64,000 nt of DNA from the human T2T-CHM13v2.0 reference genome, Homo sapiens: NCBI RefSeq assembly GCF_009914755.1, contig NC_060940.1. One strand, written 5' to 3'. The position numbers and the translations under genes were made by a program. Below the pieces are notes generated by a model. It did not search any database. It was given only the letters and a program-made list of their open reading frames with translations, and was not told where the DNA came from. Positions 40,496 through 54,423 of this stretch are shown here, piece by piece. Every line of letters begins with the position of its first letter. Within the stretch, counting starts at the first letter, position 1.

Positions 40496-40839
40496 GCGTG
40501 AGTTGCTACCTTAAGCAACTGTAAGGTGTAACAAAAACTGGGGAGGTGGCTCAGCTAATTCATCTGGTGCTTAAGTTGTAAAGGTCTCAGATGGGCATCA
40601 TTGCTCATGGATCTCCTTTCTCCTCTCAGAATTGTCTGTTCCATCTGACCTGTTCTCTTGACTCTCTGTGACAGAGTTTGGTTCCTTTCCCCCAGTTGCT
40701 CCTCAACACTCGCTGATCTTATACGTGACCCTCCTCACCAAGGAACCACCTTAGAGCATCCATGCGGTGCCAGGTCAGGTGCCAAAGAACAAAGTGTGTC
40801 AGACTTCGGCCAATTACTCTGTTTCTTCCACGGGGATTG

Positions 40840-41075
40840 AGTGCAGTGGATAAGAACACCAGCTTTGATATCCAGAGACCTGGGTTCGAATTCTATCTTT
40901 GTCTTGTTCTATCCATGTAACCCTAGACACTTAACTGAGCCTCAGCTCCTTATCCAGATAATGAGATTCATGGTCATATCTGCCTCCATGGGATTGTTTT
41001 GAGGATTTAAGTAAGATGTTGCTTGTTAAGCCCTTGGCACATTTCATGACACAAAGTCACTGTTAAGAATGCTGG
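40840..41075 (+). mobile_element. MIR SINE
   Basis: gtgcagtggataagaacacc...agacctgggttcgaatt...ctgagcctcagctcctt...ttgttttgaggatt. Confidence 0.8.
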
Positions 41076-41077
41076 CA

Positions 41078-41550
41078 TAAAGATACACGCACATGTATGT
41101 TCATCACAGCACTATTCACAATAGCAAAGATACAGAATCAGCGTAAATCCCCAACGGTAGAATGCATAAAGAAAATATGATTCATAGACACCATGAAATA
41201 CTATGCAGCCATAAAAAGTCCAAGATCATGCACTTTGCAGCAACATGGGTGAAGCTGGAGGCCATTTTCCTTAGCAAACTCACACAGGAATGGAAACCGA
41301 AATACTGCATGTTCTCACTTAAACGTGGGAGCTAAATGATGAGAACACATGGCCACACAGAGGGGAACAAGAAACCCTGGGGCCTACTTGAGGATGGAAG
41401 GCAGGAGGAGGGAGACAATCAGGAAAAATACCTATCAAATACTATGTTTAGTACCTGGGTGATGAAATAATCTGTACAACAAACCTCCGTGACATGAGTT
41501 TACCTTATAACAAACCCATCTACTCCTGAACCTAAAATAAAAGAAAAAAA
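41078..41550 (+). mobile_element. 5'-truncated L1PA/L1PB 3' end
   Basis: aagatacacgcacatgtatgttcatcacagcactattcacaatagc...aacctaaaataaaag; TSD aagaatgct at ~41065 and ~41549. Confidence 0.9.
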
Positions 41551-42649
41551 GAATGCTTGATATTCTTAAGCATTCAGTCACTGTTGGCTCCAACAATACT
41601 AACATTGATTGTTATTGAGATCCACGCCCTCCCGGGATGTAATGATGCCACATCTCTTTCTACTTTTTACCTTTAGAGATTGCCACTGGGGCCTGTGCCA
41701 TGCATCTGCCTTCACTGGCTGTGTGTCCATGAAGGATGATGTTTCGAAAAATGAACTTCTGATTTATATTCTTGTATGTTAAGCAAGAGAGAGTGTGAGA
41801 AGGTCCTTGAAAAGCCACACAGTGCTTTGTAGATGCGCTTGCTGTCACTCAACGACTCCGGTTTGCTTGTTGTCTTCTTTTGTCGTTAGTGTGGTAGAGA
41901 AGGAGTTGTGTGGCTGTTGATTACAGTAACAATGAGCAGTCACCAAACTTCTCCAAGGCAGTTTCTTAATTTGGGGAATAAAATAACAACAGTGCCCACC
42001 TTCAGAGAGATTTTCAGTGCCCTAGAAGGTGCTACATGTGAAAATCAATTGCAAGAAACACAGAAGAAGTTCACGTATTCCCTTCTCTGCTCCCTCTTCT
42101 TCCCCATCTCATGTGTAGTTTAATTAAATCTCAGGAGAGCTTTTAATCCCTCTATCCAAACTTTTTCCAAATGCTTTTTTACAAGACATATCAAAATTTA
42201 AAAAATTTCTGCCTGTATCACTGGCTGTCTTATCAGTCTTTATCCTGAGGACCACAGAAGAAGCCCATTGGGATGAGCAATTCTCTGCAAAGATTCAGAG
42301 CTGAGATGTAAGCTGCACTGCAGATAAGTTCTCCTGTTATTTGACTGTATCCCAGTTCCTGTCAGCTGTATTTTTTTTCCATATGCATCACACTGAGTCA
42401 TTACGATCATAGCAGCTGATTGATTTTAAAACATGGTCTCCCATTGCTCTAGTAAGCGGTGGTTGACAGATTGCCCAGTTAGAGAAATTCCTGTGTCTGG
42501 AAAGCAAGAGGAAAAGGGTCTGCTATGTTTTGGGTTTTGGTTTTGTATCTTCTGTTGTCTAAAAAAAAAACTGATTTTTTTTTTCACCCCTTTGGATTTT
42601 CTCGATGGGGCTGACTCTCCTTTATAGTCAACAAACCTCTGCAGCCTCA

Positions 42650-42805
42650 CTCATCAAAGGGTGGCCCCCAAATTGGCAGGATCAGCAGTAGCTGGAACTT
42701 GTTGGAAATGCAGAATCTTAGGCACCACTCCAGGAAGCAGAGTCTGCATTCGCCTTTCCCCATGGTTGCTGTGCGCTGGAAAGATGGAGAAGTGCTGTTT
42801 TATAG
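42650..42805. mobile_element. MER5A-like MITE
   Basis: tcaaagggtgg...ggaacttgttggaaatgcagaatcttaggc...agtctgcatt...gagaagtgctg. Confidence 0.65.
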
Positions 42806-43599
42806 GACTGCGGTCCTGGCTGAACCCAGTGGGGCCTGGGCTTGGCATCAGCCTTTTAAAGCCACAGACACCTCTTGGTTCTAGGGCGACATGCAGAGGA
42901 GAGATGGCACATCTCTATAGAGGACCATCCGCTGAGATGTTGCATAGTCCTCCACTTCTATGGACCCTCCACCTGTTTGTCTGGTGCCAGATGTCTTCAG
43001 CTGGACCTCATTTTCCCCTCCCTGCAGGTCTGTGGTCTCACAGGGTACCAATCACTATAGCGGCAATTGTTGTTACCTCTTCTGATGCCCCAAAGCCTCC
43101 CTAAGAGTGTGCCAACTGATTCAGCTAGAGAAATTCAAGTATTGAGAAAGGAAGCACAAATTGGTTTGTTTTTGCCTTGCCTGTCTGTCTAGGGAAGGAA
43201 TCTCTGCTATTTCAAATGTCTGACAAATGGACTTGATTATCTTCTTCAAGCAAACTTGTGGTCCAGCGGCAGGAATTGTTGGTTGTCAGCAAATCTGCTG
43301 GTTGCCAGCAAGTCCTTTTCTTTGCTGCTCTCCATCCCAATGACAGAAGATTTTTGGAGACGAAACATCTGAGTTTATGTTTGAGAAATGCTAGTGCAGG
43401 TTTCTCTTCTCTGCTCCCTATGAAGAGGTGACCTGTGTATGTAGAAGTTGGAGTGTCTGAGATGAGGTTGCTAATGACTGGCATCGGGAACCAGTGGAGC
43501 TATGCTCTGGTGTCAGTTCATTACTAACAGGGTTTTTGCTTTATCAACTTGAGTCTTCCTCTTCATTTGTTTGTTTTATTCAGCAGATATAAAACTCGA

Positions 43600-43830
43600 A
43601 GCATAGTGGTTCTCAGTATGATGGGCCCTACCTCTTGGGTTTGCATCCTGGCTTGCCACTTAGCAGCTATGAGGCCTCCAATAAGTTATTTAACCTTTCT
43701 GTGCCTCAGTTTTATTGTTCATAAAAGGGAGATAATAAAAGCATCCATCTCATATGGTTGGTGTGAGGATTATATTGATTAATATTACCTTGTAATAAGT
43801 GAAAATCATTCTGGCACTTGTAAGTACAGT
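43600..43830 (+). mobile_element. MIR SINE
   Basis: gcatagtggtt...aagttatttaacctttctgtgcctcagtttt...gtgtgaggatta. Confidence 0.85.
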
Positions 43831-44467
43831 TTATGTATTTGCTGTTGTATTAATACTATATAGGTCAGGCACATTGCTAGGGAATGAACACAGGCGACAG
43901 GCAAGAGCCCTGCCCTGACAGAGTACACATTCCCTGGGGAGATGAGCAGTAAACAACTTTTCACCAGTCCAATATGTAATTACGTACTGAGAAGTGCAGG
44001 GACAGAGATATGCAGGCTGCAGGCAGAGTGAATTCAGGTGAGTCTGGCCCACTTGGGGCATATCCTAGAAGGTGTCCCTAGGAGGTGACATTTGTGCCTG
44101 GGATTCAGGGGTGCTGGACAATGGCCCTGGGGTGGTGGTGGTGGTTGTAAGCCAATGTAGCTCGAGTGCAGACAGTAAGGGGTGTGGAACGCTCAGAGAT
44201 GAGTAGGGCCACAGAATGAGATAGAAATTCCTCCTTAGGGATCCTCCAACTATAATGAGCATTAGAGTAGCCTGGGGATGCTGCTTAAAAGTCAAGATTC
44301 CTGGAACTGCCTCCAGAGGTTCTGATTCAGATGATCTGGGGTAGGAGTCTTCATCTAAAATCCTGAGGCCATTGATGTAGTGGAAGACAGTGTTGACAGC
44401 ACACCTAGGCTATGTTAAAGATGTGTGTTTTTATCTTAATCTTGAGAGAATTGGGGAACAACTCAAG

Positions 44468-46652
44468 GTTTTTTTTTTTTGGTACAATTATGTTGCAATG
44501 TACATACAGTCAAATTCACATTTTTAGATTCCATCGGTTTTAGCAACGTATACACGTACATAAGTACCAGTCTATCATAACCAAGACGTCGAATGTTTTT
44601 GCTACCCCAAAATGTTCTTTTGTGCCCTTTTTGTAGACCAGCCCTTCTTCTACTCCAAGCCCCTGGCAACTGCCGATCTGTTTTCCTCCATGGAATTTGC
44701 CCTTTTCTGAGTGTCACATACATGAAATCATACAGATGTAGCCCTTTGTGTCTGGTATCTTTTGCTTGGGGTTATGCTTTTGCAGTCAGTCCATATTGTT
44801 GCATGTGTCAGAATTATTCCTTTTAATTTATGAGTAATCTTAAAGGGGTGTACCACAGTTTGTTTATCATTCAACAGTTGATGGACATTTGAGTTATTTC
44901 CGGTTTTTGGAGGTTATAAATAATCAAACATAAACTTTCACATACAGGTATCTGTACAGACATACGTTTTTATTTCTCTTGTGTAAATATCAAAAGTGGA
45001 GTTGTTATATCATATAGTAAGGGCATGCTTAATTTTTAAGAAAATGCCAACTGTCTTCTAAGTTGGCTGTACTCCTTTGCATTCACACCAGTAATGTGTG
45101 AGAGATCCTATTGTTTTACGTCCTTACCAGCATTTTGTATTGTCAGTTTTTTTAAAGTAGTCATTTATTGTGGTTTGAATTTGAAATTTCCAATTACTAA
45201 TGATGTTGATCATCTTTCCACATGTTTATTTGTTTGCTTTCCTAGCTCCTCTTTGGTAAAGTGTCTGTTCATATTTTTTAATCAGTTTTTTAAAAATTGG
45301 GTTCTTTTATTCTTATTGAGTTTTGAGTATTCTTTATATATTCTGGCTACAGGTTCTTAATCAATTATATGTTTTGCCAATATTTTCTCAGTCTATGGCT
45401 TGTCTTCTCATTTTCTTAATAGTGTCTTTCAAAGAGCATAAGTTTTAAATTTTATAAAGTCCAAATTATCAATTTGTTTTCTTTTATAGTTCATGATTTT
45501 TGCATTTTATCTAAGAAATCTTTGCCTAATTCCAGGCTGTGAAGATTCCCTCTTAGAAGTTTTTACAGTTTTTGATTTAGTATTTAGGTCTATGATCCAT
45601 TTACATTTACATCTATGATATAACTTTGAAATGTGGTATGGGTCAAGTTCTCACCACTTCACCTTTATTTTTTAAAAAAGTCATTTGACCACATATATTT
45701 GGGTCTATTTTGGGGAATCCTAGTATATTTCATTAACCTATATATCTATATTTTTACCAATACCATACTGTACAGGTTGGCAAACTATTGGCTACATCCA
45801 TTCTTCCACCTGTTATTAAAAAAAACCTTTTATTGAAACATAGTCATGCCATTTATTTACCTATCATCTATGGCTACTTTTGTACTGCAGTTATTGTGAC
45901 AGAGATCATACTTCCAACAAAGCCTACAATATCTCTGTCTAGTCTCTTGTAGTTAAAGCTGGTTGATCTCTGTCATAATTTCTTAATTACTCTAATTTTA
46001 TTGTAAATGTGAAAATCAGGTACTGCAAGTTGTTCAACTTTTTTTTTTCAAAATTGTTCTATCCATTCTAGGTTCTTTTCTTTTTCATATAACCTTCAGA
46101 AACAGCTTGTCACTTTTAACAAAAAATCTTGTAGAATTTTGATTGGGATGACATTGAATCTATTGGTCAATTTGGGGAGAATTAAAATGTTGAATCATCT
46201 GATACTTAAAATGTGGTTTATCTTTCCATTTTTCTTGGTCTTTTTAAAATCTTATTAATGTTTTATAGTGTTCAGGATACAAACCTTATACTTAATGAAT
46301 TAGATTTATCCCTAAGTATTTTATGTCTCGGGATGCTATTGTAAATGGTGCATTAACAAAAATAATTCAATTTCTAATGTTTCAGTGCTAGTACAATCGA
46401 CTTTTGCATATTGGCCTTGTATCCTGTGGCTGTGCTGAATTCATCTATTCATTCTAGTAGCATTTTTTGTAGAATCTTTAGGATTTTCTATACAGTCATA
46501 ACATCTGCAAATGACAGTCTTTTTTTTTCATCTGTATGCCTTTTATTTTTAATTTTTGCTTTATCATACTGCCTAGGACTTCCAGTACAATGTTTAACAG
46601 GAATGGTAAGAGTGGACATCTTTGCCTTTTTCCTGATTTAAGGGGAAACAGA
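44468..46652 (-). mobile_element. Old L1M (MB/MC-like) ORF2-3' UTR, with a MER58A-like insert (~45772-45970)
   Basis: T-rich reverse L1 (gatggacatttgagttatttcc; ctttggtaaagtgtctgttca; gattgggatgacattgaatcta); insert caggttggcaaacta...ttattgaaacatagtcatgc. Confidence 0.85.
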
Positions 46653-46754
46653 AGTATTTTAAACAAGGAGTTGATATTTGTCTAATTTTAATCTTGTGTA
46701 GCAGCAGCCAGTTCCTACTTGTTTCAAAGGAATAGTACTGTGTATGTATACCTC

Positions 46755-47210
46755 CTGAATCAGATAGCTGTCATCACAATGCAGCAGGACAAATGACTGC
46801 ATATCTCAGTGGTATATGCAGCAATAGACATTTATTTTTGGCTTATATATTTGTGGGTAAGGTTGGGCTCAGTTGCTCTAGTCTGGGTTAGTTAGGTTCC
46901 AGGCTGTGGATTAGGTTAAGTATCTTATAAATGTTTCTTATCCTCCTTGGACAGTGACTATGCAGGGCAAGTTCTTCTCTTGTTGAAGGGCGGGAGTGCA
47001 ATACGCAAGTCTAGCTGTTCAAGTATGTTTCAAACATCTGACTGCATCATGTCTGTTAACATCTCATTGACCAAACTAAGTCACACGGCCATCACAAAGT
47101 CTAGTGAAGGGGAAGTATTCTTGTCCTACCATGAGGCTGTGGTAAGAACGTGGTGGATGATATTCCTCCAGGGTAGCAAAGAATTGGGGTCAATAATTCA
47201 ATCATCACAT
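46755..47210 (-). mobile_element. Old MLT1 (H/I/J-like) solo LTR
   Basis: atctcagtgg...catttattt...tctgttaacatctcattgaccaaactaagtcacacggcc. Confidence 0.65.
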
Positions 47211-49281
47211 CTCTTAAATGAAGAAACATTCCAACTGGTCAGGGTAGACATGGGTGTCCTTGGCCCTGCTATAAGTAAGTACTTCAAGGGCCAAGGTAGT
47301 GTCTGCCTCACCTCTCTATATTCACTGTGACTAGCCTATGATATGCATTTAATAGATTTTTGTTGAAGAAATGATTGGGACTTGTTAGTGGTTCACATTT
47401 TAGCCTATTGTTTTGTTGCTAGTCAAGAGATTCCTTGTATAATATTTACTTCTTCTCATCTATGTTTATAATCAGCTCAACAGGCTCCAGAAAATTGCTT
47501 TTTAGTGACAGTAAGAAGGGTGGAACAATGAGCACATTTGTACCCAAGGAAAGGTTACTTTCCTCATAGGAAATTGCTGTGGAAAGAGCCTAGAGTGAGA
47601 AGGCAACAACCTGGGCTTGTGTATTGGCTCCAATCACCTGCTGGCTGTGTAAGGGCAGTCAGTTTAGGTCATCTCCCTAAGCTTCTGTTTGCCCATCTGT
47701 GAAATGTAAATATTGCTCATCTGTATTTTGCCCTGTACACTTAGCAAGATTTTTTGTGATGGTGTAGCTGAAATGTATGGGAATGTATATGATGTAGATA
47801 ACATTATGTATATGTGTGTACCTGTGTATTGAGAGAGAGAGATTGAGAGAGAGAGAGAAACCATAAAGGGCTGTAAAATAGAGGAAATTGCTATTCTGAT
47901 GATCACAGGTTCTAGGGTTGGTAAGGAGATTTCCTCAGCTTAGAGAAAGGCTGTGCTCTGAGGGCCATGGTTCGAGTGAGAACCTGGCGGCATTTTGAAT
48001 CCGCTTTCTAAAATCACACTCTTGTTTCCCAGCCCCCTAGGTCTTCTCTCTGTAGCTTCCCTTCGTACTCAGGGGGATGCTTCTGCCTCTTTTGTCTATC
48101 CTCATCTCTCCTCTCCTCACTTCCCTTCTTAGCCTCTGAAGACACATGGGCTGCTTTCTTCAAATATGCCAAATGCTCTGTCATCTCTCAGGCTTGGCAT
48201 ATGCTGTTGCTTTTGCCTGAAATGTGTCCCCCCCAAACCCTCAAACCTTGCTAAATCCCAGTCACATTTCAGATTTCAGCTCCATTAAGAAATCTTCCTT
48301 ATTCCCTCATGTCTAAGTTTCTATACATCCTGTGCAAACACGTTCTGTTCAGTACCACCCTCATGCAGTACTGTTAAATGCTATTTTTCTCTGAAATGTA
48401 TTCTAAAACCATATATAAGTTACAAAATATTTAAATATGAAGAATTCATTACACTATTCTCTCTGTATGTGTGTGTGTGTGCGTGTGTATTTTCCCCTCC
48501 TCCTCCACCTCGTCCTCTTTCATCTCCTTTATGTCCTGCATGCTAATGTCTCTCGACCAGAGTTCAGTGAGAGCTTCAGGCTGGACAGACTGTCCTGCAC
48601 ACCCTTGACCAGTGAACATCAGTGTGCACCTTGGGAATGTTCTCCACCGTGAGCATCTACATCATAATCCTGAAAGGAGTGTGTTTGGCAATATACGTTA
48701 TTTCCTCTGCGAGAGCTTTGCTTCCTGCCGTGTGTACTTTGTGTCCTGTATAGCAGCTTTGAGTTCAGTAACTGAGGACAGCTGCGCAGGTGGTGATGCT
48801 GGACCTCCATCCAGCATCATCACCTAAGAATGCAAGGAAGAGAGTCACACTGGAGGCTCACATGCACTGTTGACAGTGGCTGGGGTTCCTGGTGGAGAAA
48901 ACAGAGGGCAAAGAACAGCAGGTGCTTTGGGAAAGTGGGAAGGCCTCTGACATTATGACATCATGACATCACTGTAACAGCTTGGGAGGTTTGTCTAACA
49001 ATAGCTTGAGATCCATCACTAGCACAAATTATGGATGAGTGGCATAGCGAATTTGAAGACAGCTTGCACAAATCCAAATGAACTATGGTATAAGGATCCA
49101 ATATGGTGATGATGTACTTACCATTCCCATTCCAGAAATGTGTTCCCTCATGCTAAACGGATGCAAGTGTGCTTCCTAATGGCACCACTGCACTGCAAAT
49201 AATGGACTCTTTGTTTACCCATTCTTCCTTTTCCCACCACTGGACCGTAGCGCATGGCTCTTGCCCTCATAGAATGAGTGA

Positions 49282-49716
49282 ATGCTGTGGTACACCATCC
49301 ATTTCCTCCTCTGGAAAGCACTGAAGCATTTCTTCCCTCACTGTCCTGTGTGCTGCCTGCTGCTGGCTCATAGCTGAGTTCTTCCCTGGGCATTGCTCTG
49401 GGTGTAGGGATTACCTTACCTGAGATTACTCCCCCTCTCTGTGACCAGCCAGCATTTAATGGGTTATGGGTTGTAATGGGTGGGTGGTGTACCAAGGCCA
49501 GTCCCTTGTCTTAATTTGGGACACTGAAGGGCCCCCAACTGTATAGCCCCCATGGACTGGCTGAGGTCATTTGGCAACTGCATCACAGTTTAAGTTCCTT
49601 CTATCCAACCTAGCTTTTCCCACTTCCTTACAGGGGCTGTTCCCGAGAGGGCTCCCTGAGAAGTTTCCTGCATGCAGTTCTCCATCTTGGATTCTGTTTC
49701 CCAAGAAACCAAATAT
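49282..49716 (+). mobile_element. LTR16-like ERVL solo LTR
   Basis: ggctcatagctgagttcttccctggg...ccccatggactggctgagg...ctgcatgcagttctccatcttggattctgtttcc. Confidence 0.7.
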
Positions 49717-50702
49717 ATCCCCCTATACTTGACTGATTCCCAGCCTTGCAGGGTCTGTAGGTAGGGCCTCTATTTCACAGGTGACTTGCCCAAGACCACC
49801 CAGATTCTGAGTGCTGAGCAGGGAAGATAGCTATTTCAAAGGGCTGATGGTTTAAATGAGAATTTAAAAAGGTAACCACAAGGAGTAAGTTCTCATTAAA
49901 TGCTGGCATGCTTTTTCTAAATACTTAGGGCTAGCACCACAGAGTTGGAGAGAAAGGGAAGAGAGTTTACAGAGAAGCATGCATGGTTTGCATCACCCTT
50001 TGACGAAACAGGATAGGGAGGAAATTACTACACCCTTGCCCTGGCTCAAAACTTAAGCCTCTTCGCCCTTGCCCAGTTGGTCTATCTCTGTTTCAGTAGC
50101 CTAACTTCACAGAAAGAACCTTTCTTTGCAATCAGATTTGATGTAAGGAGACATTAGCTATAAATTACCTGCTCCCTAGATACTCTTATTTCCATGTACT
50201 AAAATACTTTTTTTTTTTGTTAGAAAACATTTTGACCACACACTGAGCTGATTATCAATGTAATTGTGCTGTAATCACATCTGAGGGAACTATCTAGCAA
50301 ATCAACTCCAACTGTCCGCCTACTCACAGGGAAGAGACTCAAACCTGTCAAATCAGAATAGAGGAACAGGTGGCCTCATTCACAAACAGTGATACTCCTT
50401 CTACCACACAGCCTTTTCTGTCGATAAATAGACTGAAGGTATGGTTTGAGAGGCATCCACATTACATATACAGAAAATGTTCATAAATTGATGGCAAATG
50501 GCTGGTCATTTTCCTAGGAAATTTTGGTGTAGGTGGTTCATGAGATTTTTGTTTTTTGACATTCTGGATATAATGATGATAAAAAGATATTAGGCTATAA
50601 GAAATTAAAGCCAAGTCCTTATTATTCATTCAATTTTAAGCTTTTAAAATTCAAGAGGTCTGAGTTTGAATCTAGTGTGCTGTGTAATCCTGGAAAACTT
50701 GT

Positions 50703-51085
50703 GAATTAGTCAGGCCAGGCTAAGCTATGCTGTAGTAACAAACACGCCCCTCAAATCTCCATGGGTTTACAATAAGTCTCACAAAGTCCTCTGCAGTCCA
50801 AGGCCTCTTTAGGTCAGTTTGATTCCAAGTTATGAGTCAGGGATACAGTTGTTCCACCTTGAAGCTTCCTCTTCTCAATAAGTGCCTTCTCCAATCACTG
50901 TACCAGGGGAAGAGAGAGCAGAGAGCAACCTCATCCACTCTGTTAAGCTTTGACCTTAAAGGGACTCATTTCTTTTGCTCACAGCCCATTGGCCAGAATT
51001 CATTACATGGCCTTGCCTAATGCAAGGAGGCTGGGAAAGGTTGGGGAGCACAGATATATTAAAGGAACAATAATTGTGTCTGTAG
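50703..51085 (-). mobile_element. Old MLT1 (J/K/L-like) solo LTR
   Basis: ttagtcagg...gctaagctatgctgtagtaacaaac...gctcacagcccattggccagaa...gcaaggaggctgggaaa. Confidence 0.7.
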
Positions 51086-51617
51086 GAACTAGGTGTCAAT
51101 TTCTACATATTTAAACTAACTTACTAATTGAATAGTGCATGCATTAAAGAAATAGTACATATATTTTAGGTTTAGTCATTGTATTAAGCTCTGGGCATAT
51201 AATGGTGAGTGAGATACACGTACTGTTTGCCTTCACTGCACTTTTGTCTTGCAGGGAGGTTAGATGTGCAAACAATGATAGTGAAGTTTGAATGAGTGCT
51301 ACAGCAGAGAAGACAAGGGCTTCATGGTGGTTCATGGCTCCAAGTTAACCTCTGGGTTAAGGACAATTTCTTCTGGACGTCGTGTTATCTTAGCTGAAGT
51401 CTGAAGGACAATGAAAGGAAGTAGAATATTCAAAGTGGAGAAATTGCCATTGTAAAGGCCTGAGAAATGGTAGAATATCTCATCTTTCTCCACAAAAGAG
51501 ATGGATAGTTTCCTTGAGATAATACATACTTAGGGTGTTTTGTAAACTGTTAAGTATTATACATCCTTGAAGGGGTTACTATTCAATACTCACATGAGAA
51601 GCACAATTTCTGTTACT

Positions 51618-51642
51618 ATTAGGTTGATGTACAAGTAATTGC
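51618..51642. mobile_element. MADE1/Hsmar1 terminal inverted repeat fragment
   Basis: ta-ttaggttgatgtacaagtaattgc resembles the mariner end TTAGGTTGGTGCAAAAGTAATTGC; only one end seen. Confidence 0.55.
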
Positions 51643-53132
51643 AGAGTCAGGGGTATGGACATAGCATAAATGGCAGAGTTGAGTCAAACACAGGCATTTT
51701 AACTGCTGAGCCCAAGTTCTTAACCACAGAGCAACACTGCATGTTTAGAAAGCAAGTTAGAATGCAAATATAAATGATAGTATTACAGGGACCATCAAGA
51801 ACTTGATCCAACTTATATATGTATAGAAGAGTAAATAATATGCAACTTCTGATTCAGCTTTAGTAGTAGAATGTTAAATGTTTTTATTAGTTATGAATTG
51901 GTTCGAAAACCATGCACAGGGGCACTTCAGTTAAATCTATAATATAGACTGGACATCTGGTCTTTTTTCATAACCAAGCCAGGGACAAGGGAAATATTTT
52001 CTTTAGACTTAGTGGATCATGTCTTCTAGGTCTAGAAATCATTCCCATTTCTATCAGTCCCAGCTATGCAGCTGCCATTTATAGGTGAGACAAGTATCCC
52101 CCCTCTCTTGACTTAAGACTCCAAGGGAAGTAGCAGTGAAGAGGTGAAAGGAATGGGCAAAGGAAAATCTGTTGTGCCAAGAAGAAATTAATTCTGTCCA
52201 TTTTTCACTCATCCCAGCTCATTTTGCCTCTATTGTTATGTGAGGACTAAAATATTCATTTTGTGAAAAAATTGTCAAACTTTAGTGCTTTGAGATAATT
52301 GATGCTTTTCATCAGCTCACCAAATTGAGAGAATGACTCGACAGAGGTCTGCATCAGGCAATCTCAGGCGAGAATTCTTTTATAACATTCATGCAAAGGC
52401 CCTCCTTGGAGATGCTGGTAAGCAGCCCAGTGATTGTGAGACATCGGAAGAAAGCACACTTGCAGAACCAGACTGTGAACAAAGGGCTTTAGCGGCCAGG
52501 AAACGCACTCACGGGGGACTTGTCGGTCCCAGGCTCTGCCTCTGATTGGAAATGCAATCACTTGGCTGTGTTTAGCTGTGTCCAGTAAGGGGCCATTGGC
52601 AGCAATGCTCCACTAACTAGAAATCTCTTCTGCAATCAAATTAAACAGAGCCACAGCATCCTCATGACACATGCCAGTTATCATGGAGACATTTTATTGC
52701 AGAAATGCTTTTTAAACATTAATTATGCTGCACACAATACGACCCAGATAAAATATGGGCATATTATGACTTGTCTGTGGCTTTGGGGTATGCTGTTTAA
52801 TCTTTGACAAGGGCTTAAGGGAAGAAGGTGGGCTGGACCTTTTGTTTTGAATTTTCATTGCTGGGGCATTCTGCATCTGCCTTTCAAAGGTGGCTACAAA
52901 AAGGCTTGGGTTCTTATTACTCACCCTTAATTAGCCTTGTCCTCCTCCCACACTTCCATGTCTGCTAGAGGATTCAAAGGCCCTCAGATTGTTGGGAGGC
53001 TGTGAGATTGACATGGGGACCCATTGTTTAATGACCCTCTGCTTATGCCAGGACAGTCATCCTCTGTCTCCTTTAGTGTTGACATCATGTGTTCTGATTG
53101 GTGCCTATAACTTACCAAGTTGTTAAACAGTA

Positions 53133-53450
53133 TTTTTTTTTTTTTTTTGGCTTTTGAGACAGAGTCTTGCTCTGTTGCCCAGGCTGGAGTACAGTGGTAC
53201 AATCCCAGCTCGCTCCCAGCTCACTTCAACCTCTGCCTCCTGGGCTTAAGCAATTCTCCTACCTCAGCCTCCTAAGTAGCTGAGACTACAGGTGCATGCC
53301 ACCATGGCAGGCTAATTTTTAAATTATTTGTAGAGACAGGTCTTGCCATGTTGCCCAGGCTGGTTGTCTCAAGCTCCTGGGCTTAAGTGATGAGGCTGCC
53401 TCAGCCTCCCAAAGTGCTGGAATTAGAGGAGTGAGCCACCATGCTCAGCC
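53133..53450 (-). mobile_element. AluJ-type
   Basis: Reverse Alu with tcctgggcttaagc and gagacaggtcttgcc; small internal duplication cccagctcgct/cccagctcact. Confidence 0.92.
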
Positions 53451-54423
53451 TTAATAGTGTTAATACCACCCGTGAAAGTAGGCATCATCTTCATTTTTTA
53501 AATATAGAAAATGAAGCTTAGAGAACATATGTGACTTGGCCCATATGTCACCATCATAAGCAGTAGAGTTAGATTTCAGTCCATTTCTTTTTGTCTTTAT
53601 AATCTTTCCAAGGCAGTCTCTAAACTTTTGTCTAAAACAGTGTAAATCTTTCATTACATTAGATGCAATATTATGTGAATGTTCAAAGAGATAAAAATGA
53701 ATGCAAAAGTTGCTTCCCTGGATGAAGAAGCTCTGCACACAGCTGCCTTTCATCCCTTCCTCTCGTAGCCCCCAAGGTGGTTGTCTGGAACCTCAAGGTG
53801 TAAAGAGGACTTCCCTGATCTGCATCTCATCCCAAGGGCCTCAGGGCAAATGAATCCACCTCTTGCTCGTGATTTGCGTGTGGAGCTGTCTTCTGTCCAG
53901 TTCTCTCCTAAAAATGCTAGGAAAATGCCTGTGGCCCAAATTGACAGCAGTCCCTGTCTTCTGGGAATTTGCCTTTTCCCTGAGTTAATGGAAGAAAAAA
54001 ATAGTAAGAAAGAGAAGTCTACTTCATGTTATATGGCATAAGAACTATGAACAAAAGCAGAACAGAACTAGGAGATAGAAGCCTGTGGAAGAGACAGTGG
54101 CACAATATTCAAGAGGGTGACCAGAGAAGGCCTCACTAGAAAGATATTTGAGTGAAGGGGGCCAGCCCTGCAGATATCTGGGGGAGGATACTTTCTGGCC
54201 TTGGGGAGAGCAAGTGGAGTGGCCAGAACGACAGCCACCCTCAGGTGAGAACAGGCCTGGAGGCTTTGAGAAAGAAGGCCAGGGGGCTGAAGTTCTGGGG
54301 AGCAGAGTGGGAGAAGAGGCCGGCAAGGTAACAGGGCAGGTCTGAAGGACCTTGTGGGCCATTTTGCCCTGAGGGAGATGGGAAACCACTGGAGGGTTTG
54401 GAACCAGAAAGAGCCATGATCTG

